From assembly GCA_040217195.1 (NCBI GenBank), contig JAVJNR010000004.1, positions 224,001 through 288,000 of the forward strand: 64,000 nt of DNA, in the 5' to 3' direction. The notes beneath the pieces are model-generated. The model was given only the letters and a program-made list of their open reading frames with translations. It did no database searches and was not told the DNA's origin. A program made the translations under genes and the position numbers. Positions within the stretch are counted from its first letter, which is position 1. Each line of letters starts with the position of its first letter. This DNA comes from Leptospiraceae bacterium (GTDB lineage: Bacteria; Spirochaetota; Leptospiria; Leptospirales; Leptonemataceae). Of the stretch, positions 49,360 through 59,575 are shown in pieces.

Positions 49360-51636
49360 CTACTCTTCAAAATACGGTACCAATCCGCCCTCAAAGGCGG
49401 AAACCGCATTATCCAGATGCACCTGAAAATCTTGCAGGTGCAGTATTTTTTCGCCGGTCAATTCGCCGATCCAGCTCAAAGACAGATCAAATTTACTGGC
49501 CAGATTCTCCACAGCATCCCCATTCTCCGCCTCCACATTCAGTAGAACAGAACCGCAAGTCTCCGCAAACCAGAATAGATCCGGTCGATCCTCAAATAAT
49601 TTGCCGGCTTTAGACTTGAGCTCTCCCATGGATTCCGGATCAGCAGTAAAACCGACCCATTGCGAATTGTAAGGATTGTAGACACTTCGGAAAATCGCAA
49701 AGGCCAGTCCGCCCAGGGAAAGATCCCTGGCTCCCAGCAAAATCCCATTCTGTGCAGCCGTAAATAGGGCGTCGCATAACCTGCTTTCCTGCTTCATATC
49801 GATGGAAGGTGGCATTCCTTCGATTCCACCGGTCCTCATATTCTGGTATTCAGATCCTCCTGCAGAAGGAGCGAATCGTCCCAGCAATGCAACCCGGCTA
49901 CCTGGTTTTTCAAATACAGGCGAAATAGCCTGGTTCAATTTAGGAATAAGACCTACCATACCAATTGTGGGTGTAGGTAACACCGGACCATCCTGACTTT
50001 CATTGTAGAAACTTACATTTCCGCCCGTTACTGGAATGTTGAAAGCACGACAGGCATCGGACATACCACCGATGGCTTCTGAAAACATGTAGTAATTCTC
50101 AGGAATGTATGGATTACCAAAATTCAAACAGTTGGTGATGCCCAGAGGACGAGCCCCGGTAACAGCCACATTCCTGGCCGATTCGCACACAGCTATTTGA
50201 GTGCCCTGGCGAGGATTCAGATATACAAATCTAGAGTTGCAGTCTGTGCTTACAGAGAGAGCTCGATCGGTGCCTGGAATCCTTACAACTCCTCCGTCTC
50301 CGCCTGGACCATGAACCCGTACCAGCCCCACTTCAGTGTCATACTGCTCGAAGACCGGTCGCTTGCTGGCCAGGTTAGGTCTCTTAATCAGGTCCAGAAA
50401 TGTCTGCTCCAGCTCTGCGGAACCCTTAACTTCCGGGATGCTTTTGTCCTTTACTGCAGAAACCGCTTCGATGTAGTCCGGCTTGCTAATTTCTCTGCGA
50501 TACCGGGGGGCTCCGCCGCCAAGAACAAGAGAATCTGCAGGAACTTCAGCACAGAGTTTTCCTTCCCTTTTTACCCGAAGCATACCATCATCGGTTACTT
50601 CGCCAATTCGAACGGCATGCAAATCCCATTTTTTGAATATATCGATGACTTCCTGCTCACGGCCAGGTTTTCCCACAACCAGCATTCTTTCCTGGCTTTC
50701 AGAAAGCATGATTTCGTACGCATTCATTCCATCTTCGCGCAGCGGGACCAGATCCAGGTCAATATTCATACCTGTTTCGCTCTTGGCGCTCATCTCGGAC
50801 GTGCTACAGGATAGCCCGGCAGCGCCCATATCCTGAATGCCAATGATAGCCCCGGTACCGATCAACTCAAGACTGGCTTCCAGAAGTAATTTCTCCATAA
50901 ATGGATCGCCTACCTGCACTGCGCTTCTTTTCTCCTCCGATTCCTGACTCAGATCTCTGGAGGCAAAACTGGCGCCGTGAATACCATCACGACCGGTGGT
51001 GGCGCCAACATAGAATACAGGATTTCCGGGACCATCCGCCCTGGCTCGGGCAATGCCATCGTGAGATACAATTCCTACAGTCATTGCATTTACCAGGCAG
51101 TTACGTGAAAAGGATGGATCGAAAAACAATTCTCCGCCGGCTACAGCAATACCCAGAGAGTTCCCGTAGTCTCCAATTCCGGCCACCGCTCGCTTTAAAA
51201 GATACTGGTTTCTTTTATCATCCGGTGGTCCAAATCGCAAAGAATTCAATGAACAGATGGGCCGGGCTCCCATAGTAAATATATCGCGCATGATGCCACC
51301 CACTCCGGTGGCAGCTCCCTGATATGGCTCAATGGCTGAAGGATGATTATGGGATTCTATCTTAAAAACCACGGCCAGACCTTCGCCGATGTCCAGCGCA
51401 CCCGCATTTTCCTCACCTGCAGCAGCCAGAGAATCGGGAGATTCCGAAGGAAGAGTCTTAAGTAGTAATATAGAATTCTTGTAACTGCAATGCTCGGACC
51501 ACATCCCGGAGTATATGCCCAGTTCGGTGACGGTTGGTACCCGGCCCAGGTATTCCTGGATTTTTTTGTATTCCTCTTCTGTGAGTCCATGCTCCAGAGC
51601 ATCGTTCAGTGTGATCTCTTTCTCGGAGTATAACAT
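49360..51636 (-). CDS. purL: Phosphoribosylformylglycinamidine synthase subunit PurL (small type)
   Basis: WSEHCSYK, KIESHNHPS, QDMGAAG, SESQERM, GGNVSFYN. Confidence 0.98.
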   Translation of the reverse strand: MLYSEKEITLNDALEHGLTEEEYKKIQEYLGRVPTVTELGIYSGMWSEHCSYKNSILLLKTLPSESPDSLAAAGEENAGALDIGEGLAVVFKIESHNHPSAIEPYQGAATGVGGIMRDIFTMGARPICSLNSLRFGPPDDKRNQYLLKRAVAGIGDYGNSLGIAVAGGELFFDPSFSRNCLVNAMTVGIVSHDGIARARADGPGNPVFYVGATTGRDGIHGASFASRDLSQESEEKRSAVQVGDPFMEKLLLEASLELIGTGAIIGIQDMGAAGLSCSTSEMSAKSETGMNIDLDLVPLREDGMNAYEIMLSESQERMLVVGKPGREQEVIDIFKKWDLHAVRIGEVTDDGMLRVKREGKLCAEVPADSLVLGGGAPRYRREISKPDYIEAVSAVKDKSIPEVKGSAELEQTFLDLIKRPNLASKRPVFEQYDTEVGLVRVHGPGGDGGVVRIPGTDRALSVSTDCNSRFVYLNPRQGTQIAVCESARNVAVTGARPLGITNCLNFGNPYIPENYYMFSEAIGGMSDACRAFNIPVTGGNVSFYNESQDGPVLPTPTIGMVGLIPKLNQAISPVFEKPGSRVALLGRFAPSAGGSEYQNMRTGGIEGMPPSIDMKQESRLCDALFTAAQNGILLGARDLSLGGLAFAIFRSVYNPYNSQWVGFTADPESMGELKSKAGKLFEDRPDLFWFAETCGSVLLNVEAENGDAVENLASKFDLSLSWIGELTGEKILHLQDFQVHLDNAVSAFEGGLVPYFEE

Positions 51637-51730
51637 AAGACAAGGCTGCGATAGGCCTACGGAGGGGCAACCGTTTCAGAAAAATAGGAAAACCGGTTGA
51701 AAGCCTCTCCCTTGCTCACATTGTAACTCA

Positions 51731-53371
51731 ATGAAAATCTTCAACAAGTATGGGCTCCATTTAAACCCTTACGTGTCCGTTTTCTCCGCTGTTCTTATCT
51801 TTCTTTTTGTATTTTTGGGAGTAGCCTTCACGGAGGCGATGAAATCCTACTTTGGCGATGTCCTGGATTTTCTGGGCACCTACGTTGGATGGTTTTATAT
51901 TCTCTGCGTCGGATTCTACGTAATCTTCGTAATCTGGCTATATTTTAGTCCATTTGGAAGAATTCGCCTGGGTCCGGACGATGAAAAGCCTCAGTTCAGC
52001 TACATGTCCTGGTTTGCCATGCTTTTTAGCGCCGGTATGGGTATTGGTCTGGTATTCTATTCCGTTGCTGAACCCATGACACATTACCTGCATCCACCTA
52101 TCGGTGAACCGCGAACTGTGGATGCAGCGCAGCGGTCCATGATTACTACCTTCTTTCACTGGGGACTTCATGCATGGGCTATCTATATAGTGATGGGCCT
52201 GGCTCTGGCTTATTTTACTCATCGAATGAAAATGCCATTATCTCTGCGAAGTGCATTCTATCCTCTAATCGGAAACCGAGTGGAAGGCGCCGCCGGTAAC
52301 ATCATCGATACCTTTGCAGTTCTGGGCACCCTATTTGGTCTGGCCACATCACTGGGCCTGGGGGTAATGCAGGTAAATGCTGGCCTGGAATTTACCGGAC
52401 TCATGGAATTTAGCGTCCAGAATCAGATAATTCTGATCGCGCTGATTACGCTGGCAGCGACCATTTCTGTGGTCACCGGCCTGGAGAAAGGTATCCTTTA
52501 CCTCAGTAATTTTAACATAGTTCTAGGCTTCATCCTGCTGCTATTTGTATTCTTTACCGGGCCTACACTTTTCATTCTCAAGTCCTGGGTTCAAAGCATG
52601 GGCGATTACTTCCAGCAATTCATTCATCTAACCTACTGGACTGCGGCCTACAAAGGAGAAACGGAAGCCTGGAGAGACTGGCAGAAGAACTGGACTCTAT
52701 TCTACTGGGCCTGGTGGATTTCCTGGTCTCCCTTTGTGGGAATGTTCATCGCACGCATTTCCAAAGGGCGGACCATCCGGGAATTCATCCTGGGAGTTTC
52801 TCTGGTTCCCACTTTAGTAACCTTTTTCTGGCTCACTGTATTTGGTAATACTGCCATCTGGTTTGATCTGTTCGGAGGAGGAGCAGAAAACATAGCCAAT
52901 GCTGTGGGAAGCACCGAAACACTTCCGACTGCATTGTTCATGCTACTGGAAAAGCTTCCCTTTGCCAGCGTTACGGCCATGATCGCTACAGTTGTAATAA
53001 CCGGCTACTTCATCACTTCCTCCGATTCCGGTTCCCTGGTGATTGATATGATCACTGCAGGCGGACATCATGAACCGCCTGTTAAGCAACGTATTTTCTG
53101 GGCGATAATGGAAGGTCTGGTAGCAGCGGTCCTGCTTCTGGCCGGAGGACTGATTGCGCTTCAAACGGCAGCATTAACAACTGCATTACCACTTTCCATA
53201 GTCCTGCTGCTGATCTGCTGGGGACTGGTGCGGCAGCTTCGCAAAGATCCCTCCAGGGCTACCAGATACGGAGTAAATCCTCTGGAGCTTCAAAAGGAAG
53301 AGAAGGAGCGTGCCCGTAAAGCTGCAGCGCCGATCAATCAGGAAGGTGCAAACATTCAAAAAGAGCACTAA
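51731..53371 (+). CDS. BCCT family transporter (betaine/choline/carnitine)
   Basis: FSAGMGIGLVF, HWGLHAW, YWAWWISWSPFVGMFIARIS, TSSDSG. Confidence 0.96.
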   Translation: MKIFNKYGLHLNPYVSVFSAVLIFLFVFLGVAFTEAMKSYFGDVLDFLGTYVGWFYILCVGFYVIFVIWLYFSPFGRIRLGPDDEKPQFSYMSWFAMLFSAGMGIGLVFYSVAEPMTHYLHPPIGEPRTVDAAQRSMITTFFHWGLHAWAIYIVMGLALAYFTHRMKMPLSLRSAFYPLIGNRVEGAAGNIIDTFAVLGTLFGLATSLGLGVMQVNAGLEFTGLMEFSVQNQIILIALITLAATISVVTGLEKGILYLSNFNIVLGFILLLFVFFTGPTLFILKSWVQSMGDYFQQFIHLTYWTAAYKGETEAWRDWQKNWTLFYWAWWISWSPFVGMFIARISKGRTIREFILGVSLVPTLVTFFWLTVFGNTAIWFDLFGGGAENIANAVGSTETLPTALFMLLEKLPFASVTAMIATVVITGYFITSSDSGSLVIDMITAGGHHEPPVKQRIFWAIMEGLVAAVLLLAGGLIALQTAALTTALPLSIVLLLICWGLVRQLRKDPSRATRYGVNPLELQKEEKERARKAAAPINQEGANIQKEH

Positions 53372-53419
53372 CCGGAGATTCATTAACTGAACATGCAAAG
53401 CATCTTCGGGGCCCGGGCA

Positions 53420-53463
53420 GATGCCTTACGTTTCGAGGATGCCTTACGTTTCGAGGATGCCTT
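53420..53463. repeat. 18-bp tandem repeat GATGCCTTACGTTTCGAG x2.4
   Basis: Exact copies at 53420 and 53438, partial copy at 53456. Confidence 0.9.
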
Positions 53464-53595
53464 TTCCTCAGCCCCCTGGCTTCATTGCCAGGCTATTGAT
53501 AAGGGGGAAAAAAAAACAGAGCCGGTCATTTGTATCCTGGTGATGCAAAACCCGCTCTGCTCTGGCGGCCCGGGGGCCGCAGGATTAATTTCAGG

Positions 53596-54432
53596 CTACT
53601 TCTTCTTGAAGTGAAGAATGCCCCAGTTCAGGGCCCCTTTTTTGCCTGCTTCAACCCAATGAGACAATCCTTTCAGCATACGATCTACGTATTCCTGACT
53701 GATATGATTCATCTTCGAAGTCTTTTCCTTAAGTTCTGCAGCAACCCTTGAATAGTGCTCCGGAAGCTGGTGAGATAGATCAATAATCTGTACTGTTTCC
53801 ATTCCCAGTTTCTTTGCTTGCTCCTCATAGAACTTGAAAGAACCCATGGTTTCCAGGTGAATTCGATCCAGCACCGGCTGCAGGTCTTCCTTTTTCGCAT
53901 CCGGGCTTTGCATGGGATCGGTAAAGATCAGTTCTCCGCCTGATTTCAGTACGCGGTGAAGTTCCTGCATAACCTTTTCACGGTTTCCACTGTGAAGAAA
54001 AGAGTCCTCGGACCAAATAACATCAAATGTCTCGTCATTGTAAGATAGATTTTCAAAGTCACCGTCCACAACATCGATCAATTGATCCAGTCCCTGTTCC
54101 TTGTTCATCTGGCGGTCCCGCTCATTTTGCTTCTCGCTCAGATTGAGCGCTACCACGTGGCAGCCATATTTCTTGGCCAGGTATCTGGCCGCTCCGCCGA
54201 ACCCGGCTCCTGCATCCAGAACTTTGCTATCTTTGCCAATGTTCTGAATACAGCTGTCCATCTTTTCGACGGTCTTCTGGCTTGCATCCCGAATGGGATG
54301 ATCCGGCCCTTCATAAAGACCTATATGAATATCTTCGCCGCCCCAGACATCGTAGTAAAACTTGTCTGCGTCGTCGCTGTTGTAGTATTCTCTCGCTTTT
54401 TCTACTACGCCTGAATAGTTTTTTTCACTCAT
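53596..54432 (-). CDS. Sarcosine/dimethylglycine N-methyltransferase (SDMT)
   Basis: YYNSDDADKFY..WGGEDIHIGLY, LDAGAGFGGAAR, FTDPMQ, VLDRIHL; coupled to GSMT. Confidence 0.92.
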   Translation of the reverse strand: MSEKNYSGVVEKAREYYNSDDADKFYYDVWGGEDIHIGLYEGPDHPIRDASQKTVEKMDSCIQNIGKDSKVLDAGAGFGGAARYLAKKYGCHVVALNLSEKQNERDRQMNKEQGLDQLIDVVDGDFENLSYNDETFDVIWSEDSFLHSGNREKVMQELHRVLKSGGELIFTDPMQSPDAKKEDLQPVLDRIHLETMGSFKFYEEQAKKLGMETVQIIDLSHQLPEHYSRVAAELKEKTSKMNHISQEYVDRMLKGLSHWVEAGKKGALNWGILHFKKK

Positions 54433-55259
54433 TCTTCTCCTCCTGTGCCGTAGCTTTTTTCTGCTACGTGGATCCAGAAGTCAGGCTCATTCTCATGATA
54501 GGTTTCCTTGAAATCACCATAGGTCCCCACTTTCTGGAACCCTACCTCTTCCATGAGCTTATGAACATAAGTCTTTCGAAGAGGAAACATATTTAAATGA
54601 AATACGGACTTGTCAGGGAACGTGTAGCGAAACCGGGCCAGACCTTCATCCACGTGTTCGGGCACCGCTTCTACATCTTCGCCAGCATAGTAGTAAGTAT
54701 GCTTGGATGAAAATCCATGATCAAGAATTGAGTCATAGTTTCGCTGATCAAGAATCAACAATCCATCGTGGCGCAACGCTGCATAGAACTCAGCCAGTGT
54801 CTTTCGACGATCACGTTCATCGAAAAGGTGAGTAAATGAATTACCAAGACAAATAATCGCATCGTATTTACCATGCACGTCGCGATTCAACCATCGCCAG
54901 TCTGCATGTATTGTGCGAAGCACGTGCCCTCTTTTTCGAGCATTTTCAAACGCTTTGGCAAGCATAACGGGACTACCGTCAGCGCTAAACACTTCAAAGC
55001 CTTCTTCAAGTAGACGAATGGAGTGAAAGCCGGTCCCTGTGGCCACATCCAGTATCTTCTTACATCCTCGCTCTTTCAGTGTGCGAATAAAGAAGTCCCC
55101 TTCGCTCTGGGCTCTCGCATCCCAGTCAATAAGATCATCCCACTTATCGACGAAGCCGCCAACGTATTCTTCAACATAATGGTCTGTATTTCGGACCGAA
55201 GTAGGATCCTTCCCAAAATCCTGGGTTTTTGCATCTGCAACAGTATCCTTTGAACTCAT
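54429..55259 (-). CDS. Glycine/sarcosine N-methyltransferase (GSMT)
   Basis: FVDKWDDLIDW, LDVATGTGFHS, CLGNSFTHLF, DQRNYD, FSSKHTYYY. Confidence 0.93.
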   Translation of the reverse strand: MSSKDTVADAKTQDFGKDPTSVRNTDHYVEEYVGGFVDKWDDLIDWDARAQSEGDFFIRTLKERGCKKILDVATGTGFHSIRLLEEGFEVFSADGSPVMLAKAFENARKRGHVLRTIHADWRWLNRDVHGKYDAIICLGNSFTHLFDERDRRKTLAEFYAALRHDGLLILDQRNYDSILDHGFSSKHTYYYAGEDVEAVPEHVDEGLARFRYTFPDKSVFHLNMFPLRKTYVHKLMEEVGFQKVGTYGDFKETYHENEPDFWIHVAEKSYGTGGEE

Positions 55260-55391
55260 AAATATACACCTCGACTATAAACCCCATCGCAGGGATTTCA
55301 ATTTTGCACGAGCCGCAATGGACTCATTTGGGCTTAACTAACCGGCAAGTTAACAAGACGCGTACGCGCAGTTTGGACACTATTAGGAGGC

Positions 55392-55412
55392 TGACAGTAA
55401 AGCGCACTGTCA
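55392..55412 (-). promoter_or_regulatory. Inverted repeat TGACAGT-N7-ACTGTCA overlapping a TTGACA -35 element upstream of GSMT
   Basis: Minus strand reads TTGACAGTGCGCTTTACTGTCAG, about 135-150 nt upstream of the GSMT ATG. Confidence 0.55.
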
Positions 55413-55669
55413 AGGAAAAAACCCGGGAAAAAGGAGTGCGAAAGGGGGGTGAAGAAGCCTTGCAATCTCGACCTGGACCCTGAAATACCGGAATTATGTC
55501 CCGGAAATGTCATCTGGTTTGTCTAACGTTGGCTCATGGATCGGTATTGCGGACCAGAAGACTCGGAGCTCCAGTGTCTGTGCTGAATGCCCGGATTCCA
55601 TATTGAAAGCGGCCTCCAGCGCCAATGAAAGGAGGCGCCGGATGGCGGAAACTCCGCCGGGCGTTTCGA

Positions 55670-55945
55670 TTACATTTCCATAGACAGCTCTTTCCAGTCG
55701 CCGTCCTTCTCTTTGCACTCTTCTTTGCTCATCTGTAGCCAGCCCTTTCCTTTACAGGAGTTCTGTCCGGCACAGCTGGTTTCTTTTGTGTGACAGGCAC
55801 TCTGACCCTTACATGCATTGATCCCGTGGCATTCGCCCAGGTCCGTCTGTAGCGGGGTATCGGCTGTTTCCGAACCACCGCAGGAGGCCGCCATAAGCAT
55901 CCCTCCCAGCGCCGCTCCCATCAGTATTTTGCTTCTTGAATCCAT
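55670..55945 (-). CDS. Cys-rich exported peptide, BufA2 (bufferin)-like precursor
   Basis: Signal ending LMAASC, then CHGINACKGQSAC...SCAGQNSCKGKGW...C with a repeated NxCKG motif. Confidence 0.78.
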   Translation of the reverse strand: MDSRSKILMGAALGGMLMAASCGGSETADTPLQTDLGECHGINACKGQSACHTKETSCAGQNSCKGKGWLQMSKEECKEKDGDWKELSMEM

Positions 55946-56115
55946 GACCCATCTACAGGCTTAAACCGCAAAAAATCAACCCTTCTTTGATACACCGGAA
56001 ATAATGCTTCTTTGTGACTTTACTTTTTCGTCTTATGTAGCGAAGTTGTTATTGGCGTCGGTGTCCTGAAAGATAGAAAATGTGGCCGCCGAAAAAATTT
56101 GATTCGAGGTCTTTG

Positions 56116-56679
56116 ATGCTAAAATTTTCGCTAACATATGACCTGATCCGTAAAACCAAGATGGTTGATCTGGCCCGCACTCTTCGCGAAGCCAAGAAAG
56201 CCCGTTTGAAGGACATAAAAATATACGATCTTCTGACGGAAATCCAGCATGGAAATGGAAACGGACAGGGCTTATATCTACTATTTGGCCCAAAAGGTGA
56301 ACTTTACTACGTGGGAAAATGTGTAGGTAGTTCCTTTATTGAGAAACTGCCGGAGCAGTTTCGCTACCAGGAGTCTGGAAGACAGGCTACTTTGCTGTAT
56401 TCCATTCAAAAGAAGGATGGGTTCGGCAAACCAAAAGACAGGGATGAGTATGTTAAAGGTGCTCTTCGTGTAATGGAGAACTTCGACGTTTTGCTCATTC
56501 ACTTTCAACCGGAGGATTCAACTGAGATCGCACCGGTAGAATCTTTGATGCGCCGTACTCTTCAGCCTCTATTGAATGAGATCTACGGTCGCACGGATGT
56601 GAGAGGCAGTACGGTGCAGGAATGGGTAAAGGCTTTTCGCATTAGAGCAGCCAAGCTCAGCGCAAGCAGCCGCCGATAG
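56116..56679 (+). CDS. GIY-YIG nuclease-like protein
   Basis: GLYLLFGPKGELYYVGK, distal E (VESLM) and PLLN. Start uncertain (56080/56116/56161). Confidence 0.65.
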   Translation: MLKFSLTYDLIRKTKMVDLARTLREAKKARLKDIKIYDLLTEIQHGNGNGQGLYLLFGPKGELYYVGKCVGSSFIEKLPEQFRYQESGRQATLLYSIQKKDGFGKPKDRDEYVKGALRVMENFDVLLIHFQPEDSTEIAPVESLMRRTLQPLLNEIYGRTDVRGSTVQEWVKAFRIRAAKLSASSRR

Positions 56680-56724
56680 GAAGTGGGATTCCATTCCCGC
56701 TGCGGCAAAGAATATACCCGGGAA

Positions 56725-56751
56725 TTTCCGCTGGCCATTCGCCAGCGGAAA
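56725..56751. terminator. Perfect 11-bp hairpin between convergent genes
   Basis: TTTCCGCTGGC-CATTC-GCCAGCGGAAA. Confidence 0.7.
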
Positions 56752-56772
56752 CACTCCCCATATCTGCCAATA

Positions 56773-58167
56773 TCAGGGTTCGGATGGACCAATCATCAGC
56801 TCTGGCCGCACCATCTCGTCAAATTGGGTCTCATCCAGGATTCCCAGCTCCAGAGCAGATTCTTTAAGACTGATTCCCTTCTGATGAGCATTCTTGGCAA
56901 TCTTTGCCGCCTTGTCGTAACCGATATGAGGGTTCAGAGCCGTAACCAGCATCAATGAATTATTTAGATGCCTTTGAATATTCTCTTTCCAGGGCTCAAT
57001 GCCAACAGCGCAATTGTCGTTGAAGCTAAGGGCTGCATCACCAAGCAATCGAATAGAATTAAGAGCATTGAATACAATTACAGGCTTAAAAACGTTCAGC
57101 TCGAAGTTACCGGATGCCCCTCCAACATTTATGGCCACGTCATTGCCCAGGATCTGAGCACAAACCATGGTCATCGCTTCGCTCTGAGTCGGATTTACTT
57201 TACCAGGCATGATTGAACTTCCAGGTTCATTTTCCGGGATTCGAATCTCCGCCAGTCCGGACCTGGGGCCGCTGGCCATCCAACGAACATCGTTGGCCAA
57301 TTTCATCATATCCGCTGCAAGGGTTTTCAATGCACCATGAAGTTCTAGAATGGGGCCATGGGAACTTAATGCTTCAAATTTATTGGGAGCAGTAACAAAG
57401 GGTAATTTCGTAATGCTGGCAATTTCCTGAGCTGACTTCTCCGCGAAGCCCTTCAGTGTATTGAGTCCGGTTCCTACTGCAGTGCCACCCAGGGCCAGTT
57501 CAAATACTCCGCCCAGCGCATGATCGATTCTCTCCATATCGTGATCCAGCATGGTCACGTACGCGGAGAATTCCTGCCCCAGAGTTAATGGTGTTGCATC
57601 CATTAAATGAGTACGACCAATCTTGATTACATTTTCAAACTCTCTGGCCTTCTTATCCAGAGTGTTGCGCAAAGTCTTCAATCTGGGCTGTAAATGGTGC
57701 ACAACCTGTTCGGCTATGGCAATATGCATGGCCGTGGGAAATGTATCGTTCGAGCTCTGCGCGCGATTCACATGATCGTTCGGATGCACCGGTGTCTTGG
57801 AGCCCATGGTTCCGCCAGCCATTTCAATTGCACGATTGGAGATGACTTCATTGGAATTCATATTGGTCTGGGTTCCGCTACCGGTTTGCCATACAACCAG
57901 CGGAAAATGATCATCCAGTTTACCTTCGATGACTTCGTCGGCTGCCTTTACGATAAGATCAGCAATTTCATCTGGAAGATTTCCCAGAGATCGGTTGGCC
58001 AGGGCCGCAGATTTTTTTAGTATACCAAGTGCGCGGATCATCTCGCGAGGAAATCGATCATGACCAATCTTAAAGTTGGTCAGAGAACGCTGGGTCTGAG
58101 CCCCCCAGTACCGATCCGACTGGACCTCGATCTCACCCATTGTATCTGTTTCAATACGAACGCTCAT
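56773..58167 (-). CDS. fumC: Class II fumarate hydratase
   Basis: [39 protein letters not shown]. Confidence 0.98.
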   Translation of the reverse strand: MSVRIETDTMGEIEVQSDRYWGAQTQRSLTNFKIGHDRFPREMIRALGILKKSAALANRSLGNLPDEIADLIVKAADEVIEGKLDDHFPLVVWQTGSGTQTNMNSNEVISNRAIEMAGGTMGSKTPVHPNDHVNRAQSSNDTFPTAMHIAIAEQVVHHLQPRLKTLRNTLDKKAREFENVIKIGRTHLMDATPLTLGQEFSAYVTMLDHDMERIDHALGGVFELALGGTAVGTGLNTLKGFAEKSAQEIASITKLPFVTAPNKFEALSSHGPILELHGALKTLAADMMKLANDVRWMASGPRSGLAEIRIPENEPGSSIMPGKVNPTQSEAMTMVCAQILGNDVAINVGGASGNFELNVFKPVIVFNALNSIRLLGDAALSFNDNCAVGIEPWKENIQRHLNNSLMLVTALNPHIGYDKAAKIAKNAHQKGISLKESALELGILDETQFDEMVRPELMIGPSEP

Positions 58168-58189
58168 TGAATCCTCCTGTAGCCAGGAA

Positions 58190-59575
58190 TTATTGGCTAC
58201 GACGGATGGTCAACAAAGTCAGATCATCCTCTGGTTCTCGATCATCCATGAACTGCTGGAACTCTCCCAGTATGGTAGACTGTATTTCTTCAAGTACTTC
58301 ATGGTCTTTTGTAAGACCTTTCTGAATGGCGCCTAACAATCCATCCAGACCAAACGGAATACCAGCTCTGTTTCGCGCTTCAGTGAATCCATCGGTATAC
58401 AAGAAGACTATATCCCCCGGAAGTAATTTCATTTCACTTTCGAGGTTTCTATCTCTTCCCGCTTCCAGACGATTTACTCCAAGCCAGACCCCTTGAGTAC
58501 TGTAAGATTCCAGGCGATCTGTAGCCTTTCGATAGACCAGAATACTCAAATGACTTCCTGCATAGACAACGTTGCCCCGGTTGTCCATTCGCAACAATAC
58601 AAAGGTCATGAATGATTTCTGGAACAATCGCATTATGCTTTCGAAAAATGAGTTGTTTATCTGAATCAATACATCCGATGCCCGATTCATTTTTTGAACG
58701 TTCAGACAGTAATGAAGCAGGCTCCGCACCTGCATAACAAGTAAACCGGCCTGAACTCCATGCCCGGTAACGTCGCCCACGGCAAACCAGGTATATTTCT
58801 TAGTAGGTACAACATCGAAGTAATCCCCACCTACCTGGGCTGCAGGTTGCATCATTCCGGTAAAACGGTAAGGACCCGCTCCGCTATCTCTGGGCAGAAG
58901 ACCCTGCTGAACGGTACGAGCAAATTCCAGTTCCTGATTGTGTATTGCTTGCAGCGATGTAAGCTTGGTTTCCGTTTCATTCCTGAATCGATCATATGCT
59001 TCGCTGACCAACCAGACGATTATACCGGCCACAAGTACATTTACATAATGACGAATTCTCCAGAACGGTACGGCCAGTGCTCGGTCGGGACTGGAAAAAC
59101 TACCGGAAGCGTCTGCGAAAAGAAAAGGAAAATGCACAGCCCAGTGAATTACCAGAACAGTTAATGCAATCCAGCGTCCGTATAGAAAATGCAGCAATAT
59201 AACCATCACCACAATGTACGGTAGATTCACCGGTGGATACTTCCCTATATGGTAAGAGTTAAAAGTCACAACGGCCGTTGCCACCATAACCATCAGAAAT
59301 CCCAGTTCCAGGAAGTACTTACCCTGGCTACGAATGATAAATATCAAAACGCCAATGAAAGACAGGCACATGATGCCCACTACCTGAGCGATGAGAGGTG
59401 TATGACCATAGATTACGGGCAATCGGGTCAGAAATATTAGTATGACCACCCCACCTACGCCCATTATAATTCGGAGCTTTCTTCGGGAGGCCAGATCCTG
59501 CATGATAGGATGGCTTTCCGGTAAAAAAGCATCCAGATAGCGTCTGAAATAGTCGTGTATGTCGAAACCTTTCAT
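58190..59575 (-). CDS. Membrane PP2C/SpoIIE-family Ser/Thr phosphatase
   Basis: About 6 TM, then VGGDYFD, GDVTGHG, YTDGFTE, EDDLT. Confidence 0.93.
   Translation of the reverse strand: MKGFDIHDYFRRYLDAFLPESHPIMQDLASRRKLRIIMGVGGVVILIFLTRLPVIYGHTPLIAQVVGIMCLSFIGVLIFIIRSQGKYFLELGFLMVMVATAVVTFNSYHIGKYPPVNLPYIVVMVILLHFLYGRWIALTVLVIHWAVHFPFLFADASGSFSSPDRALAVPFWRIRHYVNVLVAGIIVWLVSEAYDRFRNETETKLTSLQAIHNQELEFARTVQQGLLPRDSGAGPYRFTGMMQPAAQVGGDYFDVVPTKKYTWFAVGDVTGHGVQAGLLVMQVRSLLHYCLNVQKMNRASDVLIQINNSFFESIMRLFQKSFMTFVLLRMDNRGNVVYAGSHLSILVYRKATDRLESYSTQGVWLGVNRLEAGRDRNLESEMKLLPGDIVFLYTDGFTEARNRAGIPFGLDGLLGAIQKGLTKDHEVLEEIQSTILGEFQQFMDDREPEDDLTLLTIRRSQ

Noticed and set aside
49360..51636. purL without adjacent purS/purQ
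   Set aside because: Dispersed pur genes are common and the partners are probably elsewhere; not anomalous.
53393..53614. 73-aa ORF containing DALRFE repeats
   Set aside because: Explained by the 18-bp tandem repeat; overlaps the SDMT end on the opposite strand.
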